Origin: the human T2T-CHM13v2.0 reference genome, Homo sapiens
Reading direction: 5' to 3' (one strand)
DNA: 64,000 nucleotides
Assembly (NCBI RefSeq): GCF_009914755.1
Contig: NC_060931.1
Shown: in pieces, positions 51,357 to 64,000 of the stretch
Layout of the letters: the number at the start of each line of letters is the position of its first letter
How positions within the stretch are numbered: the stretch's first letter is position 1
Translations under genes and position numbers: made by a program
Notes under the pieces: model-generated
What the model was told of the DNA's origin: nothing
Databases searched by the model: none
Seen by the model: only the letters and a program-made list of their open reading frames with translations

Positions 51357-52463
51357 CTTTCCAACATTACAGAGCTTAGTAATCAAAACAATATGGTATT
51401 AGCATAATGATAGACATAAAGACCAAGAGAATGGAATTGAGTCCAGAAATAAACCCATACATCTATAGCCAAATGATGTTCAATGAAAGTGCCAAGTCCA
51501 TTCAATGGAGAGAAAGAACAGTCTCTTCAGCAAATGGTGCTAGGACAATCAGACATCTATATGCAAAAGAAGTAAAGTTCAATTCTTACCTCACATAATA
51601 TTCAAATTTTAACTTAAAATGGATCAATGACATAAATAAAAGAGTTAAAACCATAAAAATCTTTGAAGAAAACATAAGGCTAAATGTTCACGATATGGCC
51701 TTAGATAATTAGACAGGATGCCAAGAGCACAAACAACACAGAAAACATTAGATAAACCAGAATTCACCAAAATTAAATTTTTTGTGCATCAAAAGGTATC
51801 ATTAAGAAAGTGAAAATACAACCTATAGGATAGAAGAAAATATTTGCAAAGCATATATCTAATAAGGGCTTAATGTCCAGAATACATAACAACTCAACAA
51901 CAAAAATACAAACAGCCCCATCTTAAAATATGCAAAGAATTTGAATAGACACTTCTCCAAAGGAGATACACAAGTGGACGACAAGCATATGAAAGAAAAA
52001 TCCTTTGTCATTAGGCAAACACAAATTAAAGCAATATTGCAATACTACTTAATACCGCCTGGGAAGCCTATAATTGTTTTAAAAAATGAAAAATAAATGA
52101 TGATAAGGATTTAAGGAAATTAGACTCGCTACATTGCTGATGGGAATGTAAAATGGTTCAGTCGCTGAACTAAGCAATTTGTTCCTAACAAAGTTAAGCA
52201 GTAATTACCATGTGATCCTGCAATTCTGCTCTTATATATCCAAAATAATTAAAAACTGGTATTCAAACAAATACATGTGCACATATTCTCGTAGCAGCAC
52301 TCCTCACAATAGCCAGAAGGCAGAAACAGTCCAAATATCCATCAATGGAAAAATGACTAAACAGATTGTGGTATATAGATACTATGGAATATTATACTAC
52401 CATAAAAAGAACAAAGTATTGATACATACTATAATGTGGATGACCCTCAAAAACTTTATGCTA

Positions 52464-52829
<366 letters not shown>

Positions 52830-53139
52830 TCACAATCATGTGATTCCATTTATATAATATAGAGTAGGTGAACCCTAGAGACAGATGGCAGGTTAGGGGT
52901 TCAGAGAAACTGGGGAGAGGAGAGAATGGGGAGCAACTGCTTATGGGGTACAGGCTTTCCTTTGAGGGTGATGAGAAGGTTTTGGAACTACATAGAGATG
53001 GTGGTTGTACAACAGTGAATACACTAAATGCCACAGAATTATACACTTTCAAATGGCTAAATTTATGTTATTTGAATTTCAACTCAATAAAAAATACCAA
53101 ATACACCTACACACGCATGCGCACACACAAAGGGAAAAA

Positions 53140-53366
53140 AGACTAGTAGCTGCCAAGGGTTGAGATTAGTTGAGGGGTATGACAATAAAGGGGCAGCAGG
53201 AGTGCTATCTGTGTGCTCATGGAATTGTTCTGTATCTTGATTGTGGTAGTGGTTACACGCATGGGCTTACACAATAAAATGCCAGAGAACTGTGCGCGTG
53301 CATTACACCAAAGTCATCTTCCTGGTTTTGATATTTTACTACAGTTGAGTAAAATGTAACCACTGG
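53140..53366 (+). mobile_element. L1MC/L1ME 3' UTR fragment
   Basis: atggaattgttctgtatcttgattgtggtagtggttacac...ttcctggttttgatatt.tact. Confidence 0.7.
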
Positions 53367-53586
53367 GGCCAGGTGTGGTGGCTCACCTCTGTAATCCCAG
53401 CACTTTAGGAGGCTGAGGTGCAAGGATTGCTTGAACCCAGGAATTTGAGACCAGCCTAGGCAAAATAGTGAAATTCTGGCTCTACAAAAAAAAAGAAAAT
53501 TAAAAAACAAATTAGCCAGACATGGTGGCATGCACCTGTAGTCTCAGCTACTTGGTAAGCTGAGATGGGAGGATCACATGAGCCCG
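53367..53586 (+). mobile_element. AluJ, 3' truncated
   Basis: Left arm and part of right arm, ending gggaggatcacatgagcccg. Confidence 0.9.
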
Positions 53587-54493
53587 ATTCTATAATTATT
53601 TCAAATTTTTAAAAAGTAAAATGATGGAGACATTGACTACATTAAAATTAATAGCTTCTTTATTGACTACATTAAAATTAAGAGCTTCTGTTCATCAGAA
53701 TAAAGTTCATGAAGAGTGAAAAGGCAAACTAAAACTTTGGTAAAGATATGAAATAGATATTATCCTCAATAACAATAAGAAAAACAATCTAAAAAAATGG
53801 GCAAGCAAATTAAACAAATAATGAAGATGAATCATGAATGACAAATAAATAGATAAACATTTCTCAGCTTCATTAGCAATTAAGTATTAACTAAGCCATG
53901 TTAAATTATTTACAACCCCTAGTGTTGAGGGCAGACATGAAGCAAAGGGAACTTCTACCTGCTGCTCAATTCAGGCTAAGTAGAAGCAAGCAGCAAATCA
54001 CTTAAGTAGTAAACGAGTTCAGCCTGACAACCAGACTTCCTAGCTATGTGCTTGCTGTGTGCAGTGGTTGCAGTGGAGTGATGTCAAGGAGAACATCATA
54101 TGCTGTAATGAATATGTACAAATCTGGCTGTTCTCAAGCCATGCCCTAAGCACTCCCCATCCCCCCACCCACTCCCACTCCATCTCCATCCACGTGAGAC
54201 CACAGATTTGACACCATACTAAGTCAAACCATTCACCATATCACCTAACACAATTACCTTCTTCTTGTGGTCCCACCCCCATTCAGTATGTACATCATCC
54301 CAGAGCAAGGACTGTGTGGTATTTTTGTCTTTATTCCTAGCATCAATCATAGTGCCTAGAATAAATGCGACATACTAATAAACTTTGGTATTACACTGTT
54401 AAAAATGAGAATAACCTTTTATTCCCCACAAGCACTTAAGGTATTTAAGGATGATCTGTGCTTGATGTCTTTCTTTTACCTTTTCTTTGACAG

Positions 54494-54643
54494 GGAAACA
54501 ATTAAGAGAGAACCGACATTTTATAGTGCGGCTAAAGTGGCAATTGTGTAGACATTTCTCATCTTAGCTGCAGAAGGAAAACAATTTACAGTTCCTGTTA
54601 GTCCATCTAGAAAAATGGTGCTTGTCAGATAACTTTGGTGGAC
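54494..54643 (+). ncRNA. Candidate non-coding exon (plus strand)
   Basis: Strong acceptor ttttcttttaccttttctttgacag|G and donor GAC|GTAAGA at 54644. Stops in all frames. Confidence 0.3.
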
Positions 54644-54701
54644 GTAAGATACTCTTACAGGGAAAAAAATTATGGTATCGATTAAGTAACTTAAGTTTTG
54701 A

Positions 54702-55016
<315 letters not shown>

Positions 55017-55399
55017 TGCATTCACATTGTTCTTAAAGGTTCATGTAATTGAAGTCTCTAAGCTATCTAAATTAATATGCAAAATTTTACTATTATATAA
55101 TTCATGCTTATGTAACATATTTTGAAATTACAGAAAAATATAAATTTTTAAAAATCAAGCATACTGAGAATACCTGCAAATACAGAAGGTATACAATGTT
55201 TTTGAAAACAATTATATATTTTTCATAAATTTATCTACTGCTTTTATTCTGAAAAGTTATTCTCATCATATCAGTTATTCACTTACTTTTTCTAATTTAT
55301 AATTATTTTATTTTAAATATATAACTTTAATTAATATGATTTTATTTCTAAGATTTTATTCTCTCCTGCTTTGCTGATAATAAATTAAGTTTCAGTTCA

Positions 55400-58300
55400 G
55401 AAAATCCAAAAGCCAAATAATAGGATTTCCAAAAAGAGATAACTAAGAGAAAGTCAAGAAAATCATCAGTGAAATAATTCAAGAAACCTTCCAAGAACTG
55501 AAAAATATGAAGGATTAATTGAATGATCTTTTTTCTGACTTTCAATTAAGATGTAAGAAGTTGAAAAATGTTATTCCAAATCTTATAACAATAAGAAAAA
55601 AAGGATAATCTACAAAATCAAACTTTTTCTTCAATCCATTAGAGAGCTGAGATAGCAGGGCAACCAAAGAGCTGAAACCAAAGGTTAGCGTATGACCACT
55701 TGCTAAATGCTGAGCGTAGGCTAGCACGAGAACATAGAATCCCGGAACCTGCAGAAAAAGAGAAACTTTTTACCCACTCACAGGCTCTTCTCTGGAAATT
55801 TCACTAGAAACTCACAGAAAATGAGGGGTAGAGCAAGAAACAGAAGAAAGCCTGCCTCATGCTGCAGGCCTGCGGGGAAGAGCAGTAGCTGCTGCACGAA
55901 AGACACAGAGTTCCACCTAAAGCCTTGTCCCCACCTTCTCTGCAGAACAAAAGTCTTAAGCTGCTGGGGGAAGGGCAGCAAACTCTGTCATCCTCAGAAC
56001 ATAGATGAAGACCCACTGCAGCTATGAAAAGGGAACAAGAAGAAAAAACCTAGAGTAGAGGCTGAAAAAATCTTGGGCCCAGACTAGTAGAAACCCCCCT
56101 AACACAGTGGAAGAAAAATCACAGAGAAACCAGGGACTAAGCATTGCCTAATATGAAGGCTAGGCCAGGATAGAAGAAAGCACCTCTGTCCATGTCCCAC
56201 CAGGCTAGCAAGCAACAAGTCACAAATAAGAGGATTCCAAAGCCAGGAGAGTGAAGTACAAAACACATAACAAAAACTGGTCCTCTCTAAGATGTAGGCA
56301 TACATTGAAAGATGAAAGCTGGTGGTAGATCAGGATTATGAAGAAAAATCCCCTGGCAACCTAGCCCCCACCCTAAACTCAAAGTAATATAGAGAAATCA
56401 AACAGTCCGGGGTGAACTGAGGGTAATCATAGTAACAATAAACCCCAAACCCAGCTCAATTCCTGACTACATAGACTAAATGCCTCATACTAAAAGCCTA
56501 GCAAAACAGAAGGCATGCTCAGTTTGTGCCACAAATACTATTTACTTCCATCTCTTCTGTCCCACATAGGATGCCTAGCTTTCAACCAAAAATTAAGAGA
56601 CACATAGAGAAGCAAAAAAATAAGATAAATTCCTAAAAAGAGAAAATAAAGGGAAACATATATGACCCAGAAGTAGAAATGATCAAAGAAATAAAGTAAC
56701 TACTATAATAGGTCAAAAGATTGCATGGAAAAGGTAGACACATGCGTGGACGGATGGGGAATTTTAGAAGACACATGGAAACTACCAAAAAGAATTAACC
56801 AGAAATGCCAGAAATAAACCTTAACATTGAAGCAAAAATGAAAAATACATGGATTCAACAGGCACATCTGTAAAATTGACAGGGTAAAGACTCAGTAAAA
56901 CTGAAGATACTTCAAAAGAAATTATCCAAACTGAAATACAAAGAGAATAAAACAGGGGGAAAAAATAATACAGACTAGAGTATTCAAGAGGTAAGGAACA
57001 ATATCAAGCTATCATGTATGTGTATATGATTGGAGTCATAAAAGAGAGAGAAAGAGAATGGGGCAAAAGACATATTTAAAGGGATAATAATTGAGAATTG
57101 TCAAAAAGCATAAGAGACACAAAATCACATATGACAGAAGCTCAGAAAATATTAAACAAGATAAACACAAATAAGTAAACAAACAAAACACTCCTAAATA
57201 AGTGATATACAAACTGGCATAAACTAAAGATAACGAGAATATCTTGACGGCAGACTTATCATCAGAACGTTTAAAGTGAGAGAACATGAAATGATATTAT
57301 TAAAGTGCTAATTGCAAAAACAATGAACCTAGAATTCTACACCTAGTGAAAATCTTTCTAAAAAAATATGAAAGAGTTTTTCAGACAACCAAAAGCTTAG
57401 GAAATCCATTAACAGCTGACTTGCACTCCAAGAAATGGTAAAATAAATTATTCAGAACAAAAGAATAGAATATCATATAGAAACTTGGATCTAAACAAAG
57501 AAATAAAGAGTGCAAGAAGTGATATAAATGGTGGTAAATACTCAATCTTTTTTTAAATTTTTAATTGTTCTAAAATGTAATTACTTGTGTAAAACCGCTA
57601 GAGTAAAAATGCATTGTGTGTTATAGTATATGTAAATATAGAGTATACAGAAAGATATCAGAAAAACTGGGAGAAAGAAATGGGGAATTCAGTTGGGAGC
57701 TCTTTACACTATAGGAAATTATATAATATTTGATGATTGGATATAGTTAATTCAAAATGTATATCCTAAACCCTGGAGAAATAACTAAAAATCATTTTTT
57801 AAAAGCACTAAATGATAACCCAGTAGTAGAAGCAAAAGAGCATCATTGAAAATATACTGAATTAAGGCAAAGAGTAAAAGTACAAAATGATAAAGTGAAG
57901 AGATGTAACAAATTTTAAAATAATTAGCAAAATAAATCATAATTCAACTATATCAAAACTATATAGAATATAAGTGGTCTAAATATTCCATTTAAAAGAC
58001 AGAGACCATAAAAGCAGATGAAATAATAAAACCTAAATATATTATATATAAAAAACACTCACTTTTAAATCTAAATATATAAATGAATTAAAAGTTTAAA
58101 GATATAAAAAGATTACTATATAAATCAAAAGAAAGCTAAAGCACCTATACAAATTATCAGAGAAAATAGACATTGAAACAAGTAGCATTGCCAGAGATCA
58201 GGAGGGTCATTGCATAATTTTCCTCCTAACAGTGGTGCTTCAATGTACATGAACTGAAAAAATAGATAAAGAAATCCACAGTTGCAGTTACAGACTTTAA

Positions 58301-59284
58301 TACTCCTTTCTTAGTAACTAGTAAAACAAATAGACAGAAAATACATGAATATATAGATGACTTGAACAACAGTATCAACCAATTTTATCTACTTGATGAA
58401 TTAGAAGCACAGAACACTTCCAACAACAGCAAATACATATTTTTTAAGTGCACATGAAATGATCACCAGAATAGAATTTATTCTTGGCCAAAAAACAACC
58501 TTTAACAAATACAAAATATTAAAATTATACTAACAATGTTCTTGGACCATAGTAAGAAAAAAGTAGAAATGAACAGAAAAATATATACATAGGAATATCC
58601 AAATATTTGAAAAATACTTTTACATAACCCATAGCACAAAGAAGCAGTTACACAAGATAATAGGAAATACCTTAAGTTTAATGAAAACAAAATCACAACG
58701 CATTGAAATTTGTGGGATACAAAACCAGTGCTTAAAGAAAAATTGATAGCATCAAATGTTTATATCACAAAAGAAGAAAAGTAAATCAGTTCTCTAACTT
58801 TTCACTTTGAAAAACTGGAAAATGAATAACAAATCAAATCCAAAGCAGACAGGAGGAAGAAAAATAAAGATAAGCACAGAAATCAATTACACTGAAATAG
58901 AAAAGCAATGGAGAAAAATCAATAAAACAAAAAACTGATTCTTTAATAAACTAAAATTGTAAAACCTCTAATCAGAGTGCCCACCTAAAAAGTAGGGAAG
59001 AAAAAAATTATAAACATCAGGAACAGGTAGTGACATCACTACAGACTACACACATTAGACTAATAATAAAACTATAAATGCCACACTCATGAATTCAACT
59101 GTTTAAATGAAATTAAATATTTTTAAAGGAACCGACTGCCATACTCTGTCAAGAACAAATAGATAACCTGAATTTCTTTATATCTATTTAAATTAATTAA
59201 TTAATAATTAACAGACTTCCAGCAAAGGAACTCCAGAAACAAATGCCTTTACTGTCCCATTCTAACACATATTTAAGAACAAAA
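55400..59284 (+). mobile_element. Old L1M: 5' region, ORF1, inter-ORF and ORF2 start (resumes 61135-61965)
   Basis: ORF1 motifs (gcagacttatcatcagaac...aacctagaattcta) and ORF2 motifs (gacttgaacaacagtatcaaccaa, gaaatttgtgggatac, gacatcactacagac). Confidence 0.8.
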
Positions 59285-59558
59285 TACAGTCATGTGTTGC
59301 TTAATGATGGGGGACACTGTTCTGAAAAATGTGTCAGTAGACAATTTCATCATTTCGTGAACATCATAGAATGCACATATAAATCTAGAAGGTATAGCTT
59401 ACTACACAGTTAGGCTATAGGATATGGCCTATTGCTTCTAGGTTATAAACCTGTACAGCATTTTACTGTATGGAATACTATAGGCAAGTGTAACACAATG
59501 GTAAGTATTTATGTTTCCAAACATACCTAAACATAGAGAAGGAACAGTAAAGATAATG

Positions 59559-59834
59559 TTTAAAATATAAAATATATAAATATTTAAATATTTAAATATA
59601 AAATATAAAAAATATATTAAAAATATATAAAATTTATATATATCATATATATAAATATATACAAAATTTTATATATATTTATATATTATATATGTATATA
59701 TAATATATATAAAATAACTTATATATATTATATATAAATGTATAGAATTTTATATATATTTTATAAAAATATATATATAATTTATAAAAATTTATATCAA
59801 ATATAAAAATATATAAATATAAAATATAAAAAAT
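59559..59834. repeat. AT-rich low-complexity expansion
   Basis: ~275 nt with 7 G/C bases. Confidence 0.95.
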
Positions 59835-60213
59835 GGTACACCTATATAGGGCACTTACTATGAATGGATTTTACAGGACTGAAGGTTGCTCTGGGTGAGC
59901 CAGTGACTGAGTGGTGAATGAATGTGAAGGCCTGGGACATTACAGTTTATTGCTGTAGACCTCACAGACAATGTACACCTAGGCTATTCTGAATGTATAA
60001 CATATTTTTCTTTCTTCAATAATAAATTAATTTTAGCTTACCTTAACTTTTTTACTTTATAAACTTTTTAACTTTAAACTTTGTGCCTCTTTTATAATAA
60101 CAGCTCAAAACACATTGCACAGCTATATAAAAATATCTTCTTTCTTTATATCCTTATTCTGCAAGCTTTTTCTATTTTTTAATTTTTTCTAACTTTTTTG
60201 TTAACTAAGACAC

Positions 60214-60627
60214 TGTGTTAGGCCATTCTTGCATTGTTATAAAGAAATATCTGAGGCTGGGTAATTTATAAGAAAAGAGGTTTAATTGGCTTATGGTTCT
60301 GCAGGCTGTACAGGAAGCATAGTGGCATCTACCTCCAAGGAGGCCTCAGGAAGCTTTTACTCATGGCTGAAGCAGGCACATTACATAAGGAGAATGGGAG
60401 CAAGTGTAAGGTGGGAGTAGGCACCATGCACTTGTAAACAGCCAGATCTCAGAAGTCACTCACTATTACCAGGACAGCACCAAGAGGATGGCACTAAACC
60501 ATTCATAAGAAACCCGCCTCCATGATCCAAGCACCTCCCACCAGGCCCCACCTCCAGCACTGAAGATGACAATTCAACATGACATTTACATGAGATTTAG
60601 GCGGGGGCAAATATACAAACTCTATCA
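60214..60627 (-). mobile_element. MSTA solo LTR
   Basis: tgtgttaggccattcttgcattg.tataaagaaata...caaactctatca. TSD GA[C/A]AC. Confidence 0.92.
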
Positions 60628-61486
60628 GAAACAAACACACTCATTAGTCTAGGCCTACACAGAGTCAGGAGCATCAGTATCACATCTTCCACCTCCACAT
60701 CTTGTCTCACTGGAAGCCCTTCAGGGGCAATGACAGGCAGGGAGCTGTCATCTATGAAAACAATGCCTACTTCTGGATGCCTCCTGAAGGACCTGATTAG
60801 GCTGTTTTTTTATAAGTAGAAGGAGTAAACTGTAAAATAATGATTAAAAGTGTTGTATAGTAAATGCATAAACCAGTTAACATAGTCATTTATTATGATT
60901 ATCAAGTATTAGGTAATTTACTTAATGGTATTTGGTATACTTTTATACAACTGGCAGTGCAGTAGGTTTGCTTACATCAGTATCACTACAAACACATGAG
61001 TAATGCTACATTATGAGGGCTATGATGCCACTAGACGATAGGAATTTGTCAGCTCCATTATAATCTTATGGGGACACCATAGTGTATACGACGGTCCATC
61101 ATTGACCAGTATGTCCTTATGTGGTGGATGACTATCATACCGAATCTATGCAAACTCATTCAAAGTATGAAAGACAATGGATACTATAAGAAAACCACAG
61201 AACAATAGCATTTGTGCACATAGATGCATAAATCCTCAAAAATTCTTACAAATAAAATCCAGCAATATGTAAAAATGCCAATATGTCATGATCAAGTATG
61301 TTTGGCTGGCTCGAAATCTGAAAGTCAGTCAATGTAATTCATCTTATTAATAGACTAAAGAAGAGAAAATGGATCATCTCATGGATACAGATAGAACACC
61401 CGATTAAATTAAACATATATTCATGATAAAAATGCAAAGCAAATTAAAAATTGAAGAGAACTTCTCCAGTCTGAAAAGGGACTCTA

Positions 61487-61911
<425 letters not shown>

Positions 61912-62664
61912 TCAGTCAAAAGGCAAGATGTTCATTCTAACAACTTTTGCATTCCAGGTCTTAAAGTAACTTGAAATTAGAGAGGTTCCCCAAATGCCCT
62001 CTTCTTCACCACCTCCCTCTTTCATCTACCATCCTCCATCAAGGGCATATAAGCAAAGAAGGACACCAGAAGGACCTGTGGCCTCCAGCGGGTGACAGGA
62101 GGATTATGGGACAGAGGAGCAGGTGAATCACCCCATCAGGCTGCAATTTTGCATCTTGGGCCCACTGAGAGGGTTGTGGCTTTGATTCTGTCAACTGGAG
62201 TATTACTGTAATGGGTAAAACATGTTGATTACTATAGTGCACTGGATGGAATGTGATTCTTTAAGAGTGTTGAGTCTGGAAATTCGGGAAGGCCTATTAC
62301 TAGTGTTGTTGGAAGAGAAAGTGGGAAAAGCCACTGCAAGGTGAAAGGCTTTCACGGACAACTCAGTAACGAATAGCTGTCTGATCATGATGCCTGTGGG
62401 ACCGGGGATAAGTCACCGCAATCTCCTGTGTTAATGTCCTCATCTGTGCAATCGGCATTTAAACCAAGGGAGGCACTGTTGCTTTAATATGCCACATCAA
62501 TAGGCTGAATAAGAATAATTACAGGAATTTAAAAGTATGAGAAGAAACAGGTGAGCATTTAGCTCCTAATTTAAAATTTAAAAGGGCATCACAAATAGCA
62601 TGGCATTTTATAATATATAACAGGATATGCTAAGATGTTTCTGCATGCACACATTCTTTTCCAG

Positions 62665-62991
62665 GAAAATCAATGACCAGGAGCACAGACCTCCCAAAAT
62701 TGTGTCTTAACGAGGCTTCCAAAGCTTCTACTTATATTTTGGTAAGAACTAAGAAAGCCCAGCATACGGTTTTTAATTAAAACCAAGTGTTTATATGTGG
62801 CTGCAAAATAGTGGTTTTCCCCCCTGGTTACACAAATTATAGAGGATAAAAATGGTACAAACATCTCTTGATTTCTGACCTGAATAGCAAAGGTTGTTCC
62901 ACTCTGCACAAAGCCCCCATAGGAGGAAGTGTTATAGGTGGCAGTAAGAGATGGCAATAAAATGGTCAAGAATTCGCAAAACGGCATTCAG
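62665..62991 (+). ncRNA. Candidate non-coding exon(s) (plus strand)
   Basis: Acceptor cacattcttttccag|G at 62665. Donors TTG|GTAAGA (62742) and CAG|GTAAGC (62992). Confidence 0.25.
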
Positions 62992-63174
62992 GTAAGCAAC
63001 AGTCTAGTAGTTCTTGGGTATTTTCTGCTTGGAAAATGTAACTCTACTTTATGTCTCATGCCAACTTTGTTCTATATTGATAAACGTGTCCAGCTCATAA
63101 ATTGTAGACTTCTATGAGTTTTCAAAGATCAGGGTTTTCCTTGCTTGTGCTATTAAATATAGTATAGATAGCTA

Positions 63175-63585
<411 letters not shown>

Positions 63586-63769
63586 TCATGGAGAAGGTAC
63601 AGCTTTGAAAACTCATGGCCCCTGCTCTAGGAGGGAATCCCTACTGGTCACCCGGGACTGCAAAGCAGCAGCTCCTTACACCTTGAAAAAATATGAATGT
63701 CCCCAAATTATACTATTTCTATTTTCTTATTCATATTAGCAGTGGCATTTCATTTTATTCCTTTCCTTT

Positions 63770-64000
63770 TTTTTCCGTAACCTCAAGTAATATAGCCATT
63801 GTAAGAGAACAGGAAACAGATAAACAAACGTGAAGAAAGTCACATAAAATTCCATTTACCAGAAAGAACCACTATTCATATATTAGTTTGTAGCCTTCCA
63901 GGCTTATACACATATGCATATGTAACAATTCTATACCTTTAATATTCTACTTTTTCTTTTAGAATGCAAGGCCTTCTGTGTAATAAATAAAATAGCATTA
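63770..64000 (-). mobile_element. L1ME 3' end fragment
   Basis: aaagtcacataaaattcca..accaga.agaaccactatt...agccttccaggctt. Confidence 0.5.

Larger units (their letters stand above)
59287..61134 (-). mobile_element. Tigger3b-like DNA transposon with nested MSTA and AT expansion
   Basis: Termini cagtcatgtgttgcttaatgatgggga and ttatgtggtggatgacta. TA at 59285-59286. Internal Tigger3 sequence. Confidence 0.9.

Overview
This is primate genomic DNA (catarrhine/hominoid, most likely human: AluJ/S/Y, THE1, MST, MLT2A, LTR12 and L1PA are present). It is AT-rich, non-coding and dominated by transposable-element fossils: about 10 Alus, many old L1 fragments, MIR/L2, MaLR LTRs, an ERV9 LTR12 solo LTR, an ERVL pol/dUTPase remnant with its LTR, and Charlie1, MER5, MER45, MER47, MER58 and Tigger3 DNA transposons. 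I find no credible protein-coding gene; the supplied ORFs are repeat-derived or chance. I cannot name the locus. I cannot support a new multi-gene biological system. The most notable items are: (1) a small CpG/GC-box promoter at ~13.6-14.2 kb with strong splice donors facing both ways and candidate non-coding exons; (2) an LTR12 whose poly(A) signal is mutated, followed by a splice donor; (3) a 51-bp inverted repeat at 42.9 kb whose loop is copied from an LTR 0.9 kb away (templated repair scar); (4) a 64-nt Tigger3 fragment with its own poly(A) and target-site duplication inside an L1 tail; (5) two old L1s with twin-priming 5' inversions. Repeat subfamily names come from recalled consensus sequences. 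Boundaries without a stated TSD are approximate.
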